A stretch of 59,345 bases of DNA, filler included, from Sphacelaria rigidula (GCA_964200075.2; 9 parts of 9 records of this genome joined end to end with filler, not necessarily neighbours in it); one strand, 5' to 3'; positions 44,828-58,642 are shown, numbered from the whole stretch's first letter. Numbers and translations are program-made. The notes: generated by a model from the letters alone, not told the origin.

Positions 44828-46137
44828 GTTTTCTGATTTTTATTCGCGCGAGTCGCAGCGCGAGAAGGTTCTACTGGAAGGGCATGCATACTGCGTCCCT
44901 TTGTATTTCTGGCGTCCTGAGCCCGACTTCCGGTAAATGAGAATTCACGTCATTTGAGCTCTGCCAATACTCCACACTCGACCCAGGATACTGCACGTAC
45001 CTCCCTTGCTCAAGGGTTCGCAGTGTCATGCCGTGGACTGTTGGCGTTTTCGTGTCACGTTAGGGTTTTAGTTTTGGAGTTTGATGAACGACGAAGAATG
45101 CTCGCAGCCATCGACGTTTGTCACATGGTTGACGTAAACCCGCCCTGCCTGCGACCGCACCGGAGGAGAGATGGGTCATTGCTTTCCCGGGGTCGTCGGT
45201 TTGATGTGTTCGATGTGTTGTTGTGTGGTCGGAGCATGTCATTTCCTGTTGCCGTCATTTCGGTTTCGTGCAATTGACACGGGCTGCGTTCCTGCGATCA
45301 GGAGAGGGATATATTATGTCTACCGACTGGTCGGACACTATAATTGTCACTATAAATGAGGTGCCGCCAACGCAAACCCTATAATATAACCCTATTCCCG
45401 ATCAAGGCATGAACGTATTCCTCGGGCACGGGGGATGCAGAGAATGCCATCTAGCCCAAATGTGCGTTGGCAGACCGAGTATTTGACCATCGTTTCCGAT
45501 CATTTCGTAAACTGAGGGGAAGACAAAATATCAAAATTTGCAGGAAACAGCGAGCACCAGCCGCCCGCCGCTCGCCCAAGGCTCTATCAAAAATATATTT
45601 CGGGACACGTAGGCCCCAAGATCGAAAATTCGAAGTTTTGAGGGAAGAGCAATGCCACTGTATGGCTTGCATTTTTTGTTTCTGCGTCTCTTTTGTGTAG
45701 GCCAAATAAACGTCAGCCCAAATCCCCGGGGACCGCACTCCCAGAACAGTATGGTGTTCGCACGAGGGGGTATTTTCGTGAATCGGCATCATTTTCATTT
45801 TTTTTCAAGTAAAAATGATGTCGATTTTCAAAAGGATCCGTTCAACATCCCGAGCAGCCCCGAGGAACGTTTCGCTCAAAAAGTGCAACCCCTACCGTAC
45901 CATCACACGCGGCCATTTGTCTACGTCCAAAGTTTTCTCCAGGTGGGTAAACTTTTCGAGCCTCCGGAGAAATTTAACGCCTCCGGAGGGGTCCGCGGCC
46001 GTCCACAGGAGATTTTTTTGTTTCCTCCAGAGTGATTAAACGCCTCTGGAGGCATATTTTTGCCTCTAAGGCCGCTTCTTATAATAGACAAAAATAAAAA
46101 CCTGGAAGAGTGTCTTTTTCGAGCTTTTACGTTGTTT

Positions 46138-46237
46138 NNNNNNNNNNNNNNNNNNNNNNNNNNNNNNNNNNNNNNNNNNNNTTAATTAATTAANNNNNNN
46201 NNNNNNNNNNNNNNNNNNNNNNNNNNNNNNNNNNNNN
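46138..46237. other. Artificial contig linker
   Basis: N44-TTAATTAATTAA-N44. Confidence 0.98.
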
Positions 46238-46955
46238 GTCACGAGTCGACTCATTATACTAAAACCAAGTAATTTTCAGACGAATCATTATTTGTCCGAC
46301 CCTTGGAAATGATGCAACCCGGGATAGTCCAAGGAGCACATGTACAAAATTTGGCCGAGAAACTCGAGAACCTCAAACAGTATTTCTTCGAGCTGGGCCA
46401 GCCTAAAAACAGGGTCAGCAACATTTCATCGACACACATGAGTTGGGCCATATCATATTAATCGTCGAGGGGAAGGTACCCATCTGCTCAAATATCTGGG
46501 CCTATATTTCTCATTGATTAAACCCCATGTCTAGTAGTTCCTATACCTAACGAACGTAGTGTCCAAACTAAAATGTGTATGAAACCCGGAACGATACATT
46601 CAGTGGGTGACGGTTTTCCATGTGAAAATTTCCTGGAGCACGGGAAGACGATAGATACCCTCACCTTCACCCCATTCGTTATCAATCACATAAAGTACCA
46701 TAATAAAATCAATATACTATGAGCAGAGGCACTAGATGCTCTCAATCTGGATATTGCCGCTTAGTTTTTGAAAATTGAGCTATGAAATTTCGTATGGAGA
46801 ACCGCTAGTGCATAATAAAAAAAAATAAAAAAATCCTTTTCTTCGTCTTTCTAAGGGAGTTTTGGTGGACAATGAGCATATTGCCCTTTTGCCGTATCTA
46901 AAATTTTTAGCTCAATTTTTTAAATTGTGAGTTGAAACTTAGGCTATTTGTCATG

Positions 46956-48363
46956 TATAAAAAAATATAACTTGTTCGAAAGCGCATTTTTGTCTTCTGT
47001 CCGTCATTTTTACTCCGAAAAGAGGGCTAGGTTGTTTCGACACCTGGGGATGACTTGCTCTACTCGCTATGACGGTTCCAGAGCACCTTTGCGTTTCCCG
47101 CAGGTCACATCCTCCTTTTTGGCCAAACTTGCATCTTCAATACAGGCTGGGCCGCCAGAGAAGCCACCAGGAATGTCGAAACGCATTTCCTGCGCTCAAT
47201 TTCGGATTGTTTTCGACGAACTTTGACACGATGTACAGGACGTATGTACGAACACCCCATTTTCCATCCCCTGTTTTTTCTTCTTCGTGAGTTATTGGCA
47301 ACTTTGATCCAGAAAAAAGTGTTCTGAATTTTTCCGTCGCCAATAACTCACGGAGACAAGAAAAAGAAAAAAAAACAGGGGATGGAAAATGGGGTGTTTG
47401 CATATACGTCCTGTACATCGTGTCAAAATTTCATCGAAAACTATCCATAATTGAGCGCAAGAAATGCGTCATTCCGTCGGCAAGCGGTCACTATAGTATA
47501 TGGAGCCAGACCAGTCACGAATAATTCAAACGCATTTCCTGCGCTCGATTGTGGATCGTTTTCGATGAACTTTTGACACGATGCACAGGACGTATGTGCG
47601 AATACCGAACCTTTCCTACGATGTTTTTTCTTGTTTTACTGCGCGAGTTATTGGCGATTTTATTCCGAAAAAACTGTTCTGAAATGTTACATCGCCAATA
47701 ACTCACGAAGAAGGGGAAAAAAACACGGGGGGGAAGAAGGGGTGTTTGCACATACGTCCTGTACATCATGTCAGAATTCCATCGAAAACGACCGAGTATT
47801 GAGCTCGGGAATTGTGCCACAGCTTGTGCGGCACCACGCGGCACAAAACCGACTGTACGCGAAAATCCAATCTCAGCCGTTTTCTTCTGGCTGATTCCGC
47901 CGCACATAATACCCTCAACTCTCTACACTTTCGCTCTTGATTATAGTTTGGTATTTCGTTTAATGAGACCTTGTCGGATCGCAGTGCAACATGGATTTGA
48001 AGTCGCACGCTGATTTGCCGATTACCACGATGTGTCCTAGTGGGCACAACTCGCGATACATCTTGAGTCAGAACGGGCTGAAGGAAAGTGAGCTTCTTGG
48101 GCGGCCCAGCCTGTAACAAACGGTCATGTCTTAAAAAAACAGGGGGGAAACTATTTTTTTGGGAACTTGACCGTTATTGGAAATGCAAGTTTGGCCCAAA
48201 ACGAAACTGCGACCTACGGTAAAACCCAAAGGTGCTCCGTAACGGCCTCAGCGAGTAGAACATGTCATTCCGAGGTGTCAACATCCGCCTAGTCCTCTTT
48301 CCGGGGGAAAATCACGAAGAAGGGCCAAGAAGGCACTTTCCAACAAGTTTCATTTTTTGTATA
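46956..48363. mobile_element. Foldback-like element: long outer inverted repeats enclosing two tandem ~290-bp hairpins
   Basis: ~46956-47165 vs ~48090-48363 inverted; internal hairpins 47181-47469 and 47530-47816 are homologous to each other. Confidence 0.75.
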
Positions 48364-49026
48364 TATAAGAAGTAGTCTTGGCATGGAGAACCACAGGGGT
48401 ATGCTAAATAATAACAAACATGGACCTTAAAGTTTTGTTTTCTCGAGAGGTTCGGGCGTTCTCGTAAAAAAACGGTCGTTACCACACAGAAACGCCGTAA
48501 ACGAGTGAAGGAAAAAAACCTGATCCATTTTTTTGTTCATTATGCCTCAGCGATGTCCCACACCAGATACACCAACACCAAATGGGCCAGTAAGTGTCCT
48601 GCAAAATACTGTTCTGAATTCCTACCTACTTGGTTACTCAACGGCCCATTCGCCGGCCAATATTTAGAGTTGGAGCCTAACATTTGGTACGGAAAATGAA
48701 TAGGGCATAGGAATAAAAAAAATACGAGTGCACCAGAAACGTTTGTCATGCCCTAAAGGCATTTCCTTGATGCTCAGTTTTAAGGGCAATGATCAGGTAT
48801 CAGGTATCAGTAAAATGCCCTGAACATGAAAGTATGTATGTTTGGTGCACTCGTAATTTTCATGACTACGCAAACTCTAAATATTCGCCGGCGAATGGGC
48901 CGGCAAACTACATATTCGCCTCTGGGCTGGTCCAGCTCGTTGCCTTGACGTATAATTCAACAAAAAGAAGACAATTTCATACCAACAGCAAATAGTTGGG
49001 ACAAGCTCCCGCCCTGGCACAAACGC

Positions 49027-49680
49027 GCAAAATTTCACGCCGTTATTAGGAGTTAGACTCTGAAACTTTGCGCAAATGTGTCATGCGAGGTTTACGCAAC
49101 TTTCGATGGACGCTCTTTTCTTCACGCTTTGACTGTTCCACCGTTTCACGGGGGTCTGGCGAGATCCAAGTCGATCTTACGGAGTGGTCTCCATTTTGGG
49201 ACCAGGAAAACTGGCACAGCGTTTTCCTATATTATATTCGTGAACGAGCTGTCGCTGCACGCTGCACAACCCAAGAAAGGGCCCCACGAAGTTTCGTGGC
49301 CAAACTCGACGAAAGTGATGCTTGAACTTTCACGTTAACGTCAAAGAAGGCACAAAAACGCCATTTTTATACAAAAATCAAGTTGTTCGCCGTTTTACCG
49401 TGGCACGGGAAAGACCCTCGCACGAACGCGCAAACCTTCACGCTGTTTTTAGGAGTTGAATTCTGATATTTTGCACAATTATGATGAGGACTTTTACGCA
49501 AATTCGGGAGAACTAAATTTCCTCGGTTTTTTTTACCGTGTTTCGGGGGTCCGACGGGATCCAGGTTCCCCCGTAAGGCCGAGACACCCGAAGAATATTG
49601 TAAAAAGTTCATGAATAAAAAAAATCAACCTTGGAAAGAAATTTGAGGGTCCAACTACTCAAAACGGCGTTAAGTTTTGC
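49027..49680. mobile_element. ~655-bp non-autonomous TIR element, copy 1
   Basis: ~40-bp inverted ends (GCAAAATTTCACGCCGTT...GGAGTTAGACTCTGAAA); colinear with 52074-52731. Confidence 0.75.
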
Positions 49681-49883
49681 CGACGAGTATTTTTGGTTGG
49701 ATATGCGTGAAAGAACCTTTCCTTGAATACTCTTGAACGCAAAAAATGGGAGCAGCCAGCGGAAAAATCAATGCATTAGTCATACGCAACTTGAAGATAA
49801 AGGTGCTCGTTTGCAGTACAATGTGCACAGTAAAATATATTCGTGCTCGAACGCGTCATTTTCAACGCTCCCCAGCAGCCTGT

Positions 49884-51247
49884 GTGAAGATATGATATCA
49901 GGATTGATGTGTCACGGACGATTTTTTGCGGAGATCTCAGAAACACTAGAAGGATTGCAGAACAAATAAAGAAGGCGCTGAAATGCACTAGGAAATGGAT
50001 AGTGACAGCGAACATTAGCAAATGCGCAGTACTTGTATGTGACGAAGAAAATAAAAATCCGGTAGAGAGTTCATGTGGAAGTAGGGAGGAGAGGAACTGC
50101 CGATTGTATACCAGGATACATACCTCGGCGTAGAGATCTCAAAAAACAGTTCTTGGGATGCACACGTGAATAAAGTCATGGAAAAGGGTGAGGCACAGAT
50201 AGGCAGGATGGATGTGAACTACAGAGACTCGCACCTAGATACTAGGGTCAAGATACGTATCCTGATGAACGTAATCTTACCAAAGCTGGAATATGCGGGA
50301 GAAGTACGGGAGGGGAACGTGAAGTTGAAGAAGTTGAAAACAGCACAGTTGGCAGCAGCTAAAAAGGTACTTGGGTGCTCGAAAACGAAGAGTAATACAG
50401 CATTGAGAGCAGAGATGGGAATGTACCCACTTGAAACAGAGATGTGAGAGAAGTGAGATGGCAACATGGCGTGAAGAACATGCAGGGTAAGAGATTGAAA
50501 GCCATAGTTGATGGGACTGCAAGGAAGAAAGTAACGAAAAGGCGGGCTGGAATAAGGTGGGATAGAGAAGTCGAGAAAGTATGGAAGGAGATAGGAGTAA
50601 ATCAAGACGAAATACTGTCCATAAGTGAGGGTTCCGGGTACAGGACAGATAGAAATAAGGGGGAAAGAAACGCTCAGACGCAAAGTAGACGAGGGAAAAC
50701 ACCTGGAGATATACGGGTGGTTGAGAGAAGGGATGGGAATAGAAAGATATCTGCATGGCCCACTGGACGCGGCGAAAAAATCGAAACTGCGATTTCGGGT
50801 AGGGGACCTGGACCTGCCAAAAAGCAGAACGAGGTAGATACACCAGTGGTCGAGAGGAGGAGGAAGTAGACGCACAGAATTGCCCCCGTGGCAAAGCAAT
50901 AGAAAGCAGAACTCGGTAGTGGAAAAACGTGAACTATGAACTATGCAAGGAGGAACGGGACGTGCTACAGGGGTAAATGAGGAACGTGAAATACGGTGGC
51001 ATGAAATCGTTTGATGCATTAGACAGTAGGGAGAAAACGATGGCTATACTATGATATAGATGGTGGCCACACACGGGAACACAGGACGGGGATAAGATAT
51101 GTGAAAGGTTTCGTGTAATGTGTGGGAGAAACATAATGAGCACCGAAATATTGGAGGTATCTCTACTATGAGTTGGAACGGTGCTCCTTCTTCAAAGGGA
51201 TGTGTAGTCAAAGGTCAAATGACCGAGACAAGCAACAAATGAGTACG
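49884..51247 (+). mobile_element. 5'-truncated, decayed LINE (RT C-terminus, Zn-knuckle remnant, 3' UTR), probably RTEX-like
   Basis: GLM.TDDF (degenerate YADD), KW..TANISKCAVL, YLGV, ILPKLEYAGEV, KKVLG...SNTALRAEMG, KLRFRVG, CP.G..IESRT; imperfect 16-bp TSD at 49868-49883 and 51248-51263. Confidence 0.9.
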
Positions 51248-52073
51248 CCCCCCAGCGACCTGTCGCACATACAGGCTGGTTCACGGTGATCACCCAAAAT
51301 TGTGTCATCAGCAAATGCCTTCCGCAATACGCACCCAATAGTCGCATATACGGTATCATACTGGCCGCAATGAGGAGACGAAGAGGGTGACATAGCCGGA
51401 TCTTTGTTTAAGGTCGTAGCGGTGGCGCTATGGACGAAAATGTGTGTCAGCCAATCAGCGCCATTCAAACTGTTCCGATATCTAAACTACGAATACCACG
51501 CCCAATCTTCACCCAATCTCCACATGCTTCAAATTGTCGTAACCGTCATCGACACGGGAATCTAACGAGAAAATCATATTTTTTAAACGGTTACTACGAG
51601 GGTCGAATTATACCCGAAACCGTGATGTTTCGGTGATGTCGGGTGCTGGCGCCGTCTAATTTCCACCAATGATACGCACGCAAGACCCAGGGAGCCTCGT
51701 GACGGTGTCCCGTCTATCAGTTGTGAAAAGTTTAGATCGCCCTCAAACTCGGCAGTTCCGTAGGTATTGATGCTCAAAATGGAAAATTTGCCTTCTTCAC
51801 AATATATCATGTTTTCTCCGTTCTCTACCGGCCTCCGGGGGTCACAGCATGAAGACCCCCCGGAAGGCGGTACAGAATGCCCTAAACGAAAAATAATGAA
51901 ATGATGCGTCCCGGAAGAGTCCAAGGAACAGATGTACAAAGTTTGGTGGAGAAACTCGAAAACCTCATAGAGTTTTTCTTCCCTTGACGTCAAATTCACC
52001 CCAAAAGACGTTTCTTTACTAAAACCAAGTAGTCAGGAGTTGCACGGTTCAAGACCAAGTCCTCCACATCCGC

Positions 52074-52731
52074 GCAAAGTTTCACGCTGTCATCAAGAGT
52101 TAGATTCTGAAACTTCGCATTAATGTGCTACGTATCATTGCGCAGCTTTCTACGGACGATATTTTTTGTATTTCTTGAGTTTTTCACAGTTTGACGGGGG
52201 TCCGACAGGATCGAAGTTGTTTTTCGGAGTAGTCTCCATTCTGGGACCCCAGAAAAACGGCAATAAGATTTTTTTTATTTTTTCGCGAACCATGTGCCTC
52301 CGCATAACCCAAGGATGGGCTCCACAAATTTTCGTCGCAAAACTCGATGAACTGATGCTTGAATTTCCATGTTCACGTCAAAGAAGGCCCAAAAACGCCG
52401 TTTGGATACTAGAATCAAGTAGTTTGCGGTTTAACCGCGGTACGGCAAACTTCATCGCACGAAGGCCAAAAACCTCACGCCGTTGGAAGGAGTTAGACCC
52501 TGAAATTCTGCACAACTGTGCTTTAGGACATAACGCAATCTTGCAGGAAGGTTTTTTTTACCGTTATACGTGGGTCCGATTGGGTCGGGGTTTCCCCAAA
52601 AACCTGGGACCCCCGAAAAACGGTGAAAAAGTCAAGAAATAAAAAATGCTGCTGAAGAGTTGCGTAATGATCCATGGAACATTCGTGCAAAATTTCAGGG
52701 TCTAACTCCTTAAAACGGCGTGAAGTGTTGC
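52074..52731. mobile_element. ~655-bp non-autonomous TIR element, copy 2
   Basis: Colinear with 49027-49680; inverted ends retained. Confidence 0.75.
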
Positions 52732-52741
52732 CAATGAGTGT

Positions 52742-52841
52742 NNNNNNNNNNNNNNNNNNNNNNNNNNNNNNNNNNNNNNNNNNNNTTAATTAATTAANNN
52801 NNNNNNNNNNNNNNNNNNNNNNNNNNNNNNNNNNNNNNNNN
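52742..52841. other. Artificial contig linker
   Basis: N44-TTAATTAATTAA-N44. Confidence 0.98.
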
Positions 52842-52842
52842 G

Positions 52843-52917
<75 letters not shown>
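52842..52917 (+). repeat. Compound (GTT)n(GTC)n microsatellite at contig start
   Basis: Direct observation. Confidence 0.97.
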
Positions 52918-52918
<1 letters not shown>

Positions 52919-54800
52919 TGCTTCCTTTCTTGTTTCCTTTCTGTGGCTGTTGCTTCTGTCTTTTTTTTTTTCCTTCCTTCTTTTCTTTCTTTTTTGATCG
53001 ATTGATCGATTGAATATTTTCTTTAACTGACCACCCATGGGTCCAGCCTTGGTCGCATGAAAGACCTGCCCGAGGAAGGCAAGACTGAAGCACTTGTCCG
53101 AGAAAACGAAGGAGCAGAAAAAAGTCGAACAGGACATAGTAGACTAGGGGCGTGTCTTGGCACCTTTTCGATCGAAAAAACGGTGCTAAGATAGGCCCTA
53201 AGACGTAGAAAAGAATGAAAGAAACAAACAAACCAACGAAAGCAACGAAAGCAAAGTACATCAAGAGACGGCGGCCGACCGAAACAAAAAATGGAATAAA
53301 ATAATTAAAGGGAGGAAAAAGCCCAAGGGATGCAGGGCAGCAGAGTAGATACAGACACACACCAGCGGGCACCGCAGAGCCACTCACTCTGTTCTGTTTT
53401 TGCTTCTGACCACGGGCTGGATTGTTGCAATCAGCTACTGTGATATAATCAATCGATCAATCAATGTAAACAATAGGGGTTCTACTACCACTTTTGTCAG
53501 TGATGGCCGTTATCCATTATTCACAACCAGCTCCTGTGAGTTTCTTGCTCTTGCTTCTCCAGCCCTATTAACATTAAAAGTTGTATGTACCGATCACAAA
53601 CTGGAGCGACCGAAGTCACGCACAAGAACATTATGAACACCGGCTTTACGTTGTGCGTCGAATAGGCTAGAGGTTATCGAACGCAGTGTGGCGTTGGCAG
53701 GGTGGCCTTCGCTGTTGTATAAAGCAACCAGATATATACTCTGCGATGATAAAAAAAAACAGGACACGATGACAACCTGATTTCGGATTATGCCGGCGAA
53801 ACTCGATATGTGGGGAAGCAAACAATAGTAGGTCGCTCCCGTCATGAAGCCATGTTTTTAAGAGAATGAAGCAGAGTCCCCCAGAGCGTTTTGTAACGGA
53901 CTACATCGAAAAACACACACCCACACACAACACGGCAGACACACATGCTTCTTTGCACTCCAAACTTCGAGACTTGGTACTGTGGTCATATTTCTTTTGC
54001 GAGACATTTACCGCTGGCGCGGCAATATCGACCCAAAGTTATACAGCGCGGTGCGCGGTTGGTGGGGTGGTCTATATTCTTCTTGCGTACAACCAAAGAT
54101 TTGGGTCACAACGATGACCGAAGCATGGTCAGGTGTTTTTTATTTCGAGCGGGGAAAAAAACTGAGGCAGAAATTGTTTTTGCGATCGGAAACGCCGTAC
54201 TTACACTCGCCGGCAATTGGAGAACAGAGGACACTCAATCTGCGGCGAAGCTGATATCGTTAACAACCACAGAGGAATCACGCACACTTTTTTCGAGTTC
54301 CTTCTCCGTACGCTGCTCCCTTGAACGTGCAGCCCATATTTAGAAATAACATATAAAATACGCCATTCAGACCCGTCCACGAACGTCCACGTTAACACTC
54401 ATTTTTCGTGGGCGGGTACGTCGCGACAAGCGAAGCGAAGTGGAACCTGTGGTTCAGGAAGCGGACGTTGGATCTTTAAACCTATTAGCGCGAAAAAGGT
54501 CACTGGTTCACAGGTCGAATGTCCTCTTATAGGACAAAAGATTTGGTGTGTGATCCTCCCCGGCATGACCCATCAGTAGATGTCTGGGGCACCAACGCCC
54601 TCGCAAGCCTATTCATTCAAGATTCATCTTCTGATCATGCCGGAAATCGGGAATCGAACCCCATATCTTTTCTTCAAAAAGTGGATTTTTGAACTATAAT
54701 AGTGAGTGCTCACTGGTGCAAAGCTCAAAATGTCCGCTTCCTGGGCAATCTGCACTGCATATGCGCTATTGATAAATGGACTACATAACATCTGTCGGAG

Positions 54801-54985
54801 TTGTGTGCAAACCTGGCCTCGGGTAGTCCTCCCTCGGGATGTACATGTGCTCCATCTAAGATTCAACATCCAGCATCACAACCCACTACACTTGTCGGGC
54901 ATCTGTGTGCACATCTGACCCCCGCTAGTTCCCGCTCGGGGTGTACGTGCTCTCCATCTAAAAATCCAGCATCACAACCTACTGT
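54801..54985 (+). repeat. ~100-bp tandem duplication
   Basis: TGTGTGCA...CTCGGG.TGTAC.TG..CTCCATCTAA...ATCCAGCATCACAACC occurs twice. Confidence 0.75.
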
Positions 54986-55474
54986 AGTATGATCAAGTGA
55001 TGTAATTCCCTGCGGTATATGCAGCATGAACGTGAGAAAAATGGAGGATGATCTAATCTTGTTGTAAATACAGGACTCGTTTTGAACCACAAATAGATGT
55101 AATCCCATTGCATTGCTGATGCCACCTGTACACTAAAGTAGATCATGTCCGGTTAGAACCCTGAACTAGTGACTAAATCCAGATTTGCACCCCGCCGAGC
55201 TGACCTCAACCACGCATCTATCCGACATGCAACTTGACAGGGGCGCTTGCCGCAGAAGGAGTTTCCGCTGAAGGGCGAGAAATGGAGTAATATCATGGCC
55301 GATGTTGAGTCTCACGTTATGCCGGGCATCACGCATTGGCAGCATCCCAGGTTTGAATTTGCAAGCGTTCCCGCATGCGATGGAGGAAGGCTTGCGTAGC
55401 TGCCCCCCCACCATCCCCTCGTTTTTTTTGTTGTACACAAAAAAATTAAGCTCTCCCCTTCCTCAGGACGAGTC

Positions 55475-55560
55475 CATGGCCTCGAGAGATATTAACGTGG
55501 TCTTGAGAAATACATACGTGATCTCGAGGGATATGCACGTGGTCTCAAGGGACATTAACC
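55475..55560 (+). repeat. 21-bp degenerate tandem repeat, 4 copies
   Basis: CGTGGTCTCGAGGGATATTAA-like units. Confidence 0.7.
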
Positions 55561-57202
55561 ACGGCTCTTTCAGTAGCACGTCACAAGTTAGGCCTGGCTG
55601 ATACTTTGGTCGGTGACCACGTGGTCCCCCACCGTAGTAGTAGCGGGGCCCGAGGCTTGATTTGATTTGACTTGACTGTACGCAGGGCTCCGCGCGTAAC
55701 GAACTTTGTGATGTGTAACGTTAAGTTGTGACGTGTAACGAACTTTGTGATGTGTAGCGTAAAGAGCCCTGACATCAACCCGTCTCTTCCCCGATGCACG
55801 CCTTGCAATTTAGTATCGCCGAATGGATCATGACTACTTCCGTACTGCGTGGGCTCTCGTCGAATGAACTCTTTGTGCTCGCTGCTCACGCTTTCAACTT
55901 TTTCGACGATGGGAACCAGAAGAACAAAAAAGCACAAAGGCATATGTCGGGAATCAAACGAACCCGCCCTTTCCGAACCTCTTGGTGTTAAACCACCGGG
56001 ACGCGACGGGTTGCATGAAGTGGTGTTTATGCGTGGCCCGTGCCCCCTTGCGTGTAGATTTCACGACCGAGTGACGGCCCGGGCCGTGTTCATGAGGCTT
56101 CCCCCATGTCGTACGCTCGTTTCCAAAGGTGATTGCGATAGGGTGCCATATTCCATGGTACCTTGGGTTTCCAATGTGTTTGCTTCAATCGTAGTGCACG
56201 GTACCCGGGTCATACTAAGTGCCGAAAACACTGAGGGTCAGGGACAACGTTACAGTGGAGTCCGGCGATAACGGGTACCGTATGCAGTCAACCATGGTTT
56301 TTTACGGCGAAGTCGCGTGAATCCTGCACCTTTGTTCCTCATGTAATGGATAGCATGCGTGCTAGGGTACAATACCGCACGCGCTTGTTTTGTATTTGAA
56401 ACGAAATCATCACGTTTTACGCGTACTTGACGTTCTGAAGAAATAGGCGTTCTTATTTCATTTTTTTCTCACTCTCGTGATGTGAGGTAACTTGGTCCCA
56501 TATGTTTGCAGAATTCGGCCTATGTTTTTTTTCTTCATTATCGTTACAAAAAAAAAAGATCGGCCGCGCATGTGCACTGTACGGTATCAAACTACCACAC
56601 GCTGGACAATTATCAGTATAATATACTGTACAACAATGTGGTGCGTACCGTATCTCTCGGCTTTTGGGTCTATTGCACTAGACAATACATTGCGTACTGT
56701 ACGCACTACACAGTTTGACATTATCCTGTGTGTGCATACTGCATGTACTTCCCTTTTTTCTTCATCTCGGCTTCACAAGGTACGACACTCTTTGAAGGAG
56801 GGTGACGTGCTTCCACTCTTTGATATTTTTCGTACTTTTTTGCTTCTACTGCAGAGGTACGTCAAAAAGTGAAAAACGGTGTCTATGCCCTGGGGTGGTC
56901 GGACCGGAAAACAAACCGATGACTTGGAGTTTGACAAAAGTTGAGAAAAAATATTTGGTTTTAGTTTACGCTCAGGTAAACAGGTATGTGGAAAAAAAAT
57001 TGTGCGTCCCCTGTCTACTTGGTTTTTTTCCACCCCTTTTTTGTTGGCAAATTCCCGCGCGTTCTGGACTTTTCCGTGGATTCTTCATTTCCTGCTTCTC
57101 GGGTATACGTACAGAAGCAACGCACACGTTTCCCGTTCCTTCCCGTCATGACATAATTGTGCAGGTGATTTTTTAACAACCCCGACGTTTATGCGTGTAC
57201 TT

Positions 57203-58592
57203 CGGGGTGGTATACCAACTATAAAATCACGGTTGGTTTTGATTGAAAATTTAATTTGATTTACATCAACAATCGCATCAACGCATCGCTGATTAGTTGA
57301 TATATATCAACTAATCAACTTGAATCAATGAAGCCGAAATAACTTATCAAATCATGATCAGTTGATTTTTTCCAGGAAGAAGAGAGGCGTTTGCGTCGCG
57401 TAACGTTTTTTTTTGCCTGCGGCGCAACCATTAATGGACGGATATGTCTACTCATGAACTCTACTCCCGAAAAGGTGCTAGCAACGATAAACACATAGCA
57501 GCACACAGCAGCACACACCACACCACACGCCACGTAGCACCGCACTCTAGCAACATACTGAGGGTCACACGGCACCTGACACAGTGAGGGGCGCGGGCAA
57601 GGGCAACTCACGTGCTGTTGGCGATAAGGACACCCCGGAGAGCCCTCTCCAGCGCCAGAGCAACCCCAGTTTCGGGCTGAAGACGTCTCCTTTCTAGCCC
57701 CGATATCGAGGCACAACGGTGCTTTCGCACATACGCTTTGGGGGCACGGAAGACGGGCAATCCCCGAAAATAGTTTTAAGGAGATCGGGGGGTATGAGGT
57801 CGTCTATATGACATTTGTTGATCATGACTTTAGGTCAGGGAAAGCACTGTCTTCGAGTTGAACCTACCCAAATGTTGAACATCAAAAACGGATCCAGGCT
57901 GTTATGATCAAAGCCACTCTCGATCAGCGCTCTTCTCTCAATCTCACGAAAACATTGTTATATTCACCTGTGGTGTACTGTAGTGGGGGAGGGTGTCTTC
58001 AAGTACTACTGCTTTCAGGGAGCGGAGAGAAAGAGGAAAATTCGCGTGCATGACGTCTTTTGTAGTGATACTCGCATCGTATCATCATTTTTTCTCATAA
58101 GTCACATCCACAACGCGATATCATATGATATTCAACAAGGAGCTTTATCTACACTCGAGTGCAATGTGGGTACTACCGTACTGTACTTTCGTTTTTTTGT
58201 TTTTGTTTGCCAGACAGGGTTGAAGCGTACATGTTTCATATTTGGTGCTTCGAAGTAAAATACAGCGGTAGTGCAGAAAGACGGGGTGCTCGAGTACAGA
58301 TGCAGCAGGTTGAGCTAAAATATTGAACACAAGACTGCTGTGCTGCTGCTGCTGTGGGCTTGGGTACGCGTGCTCGTGTGCTCTACATTGTTACACGACG
58401 AAATTCAGCCGATTTTTGGCTTGTGTGCTGCTTAAATTCTACCTGAAAAAGTCAACTCATCAAGTTAGTTGATTCAATTGACGTGTTGTTGATTAGTTGA
58501 TTTAATCAACTAGTCATGATTAAATCAAGCCGATTTGGACGAAAAAATCAAGTACCAAATCAACCCCTAAATATAGTTGATACACAACCCTA
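57203..58592. mobile_element. Non-autonomous hAT-like DNA transposon (~1.39 kb)
   Basis: Right end reads TAGGGTTGTGTATCAACTATA on the minus strand vs left CGGGGTGGTATACCAACTATA; ATCAAC/GTTGAT-rich subterminal regions at both ends; 8-bp flanks GTGTACTT/GGATACCT (5/8). Confidence 0.6.
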
Positions 58593-58604
58593 GGATACCT
58601 TGTT

Positions 58605-58642
58605 ATTTGGTTATTGTTATTGTTGTTGTTGTTGTTGTTGTC
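58605..58642 (+). repeat. (TTG)n/(TTA)n microsatellite
   Basis: Direct observation. Confidence 0.85.

Noticed and set aside
52794..53387. 197-aa minus-strand ORF with poly-D/poly-N
   Set aside because: Produced by microsatellite and low-complexity sequence running into the linker.
54470..54665. Second SINE family (B-box-like GGTTCGATTCCC on the minus strand near 54650-54661)
   Set aside because: No A box or second copy seen in the window.
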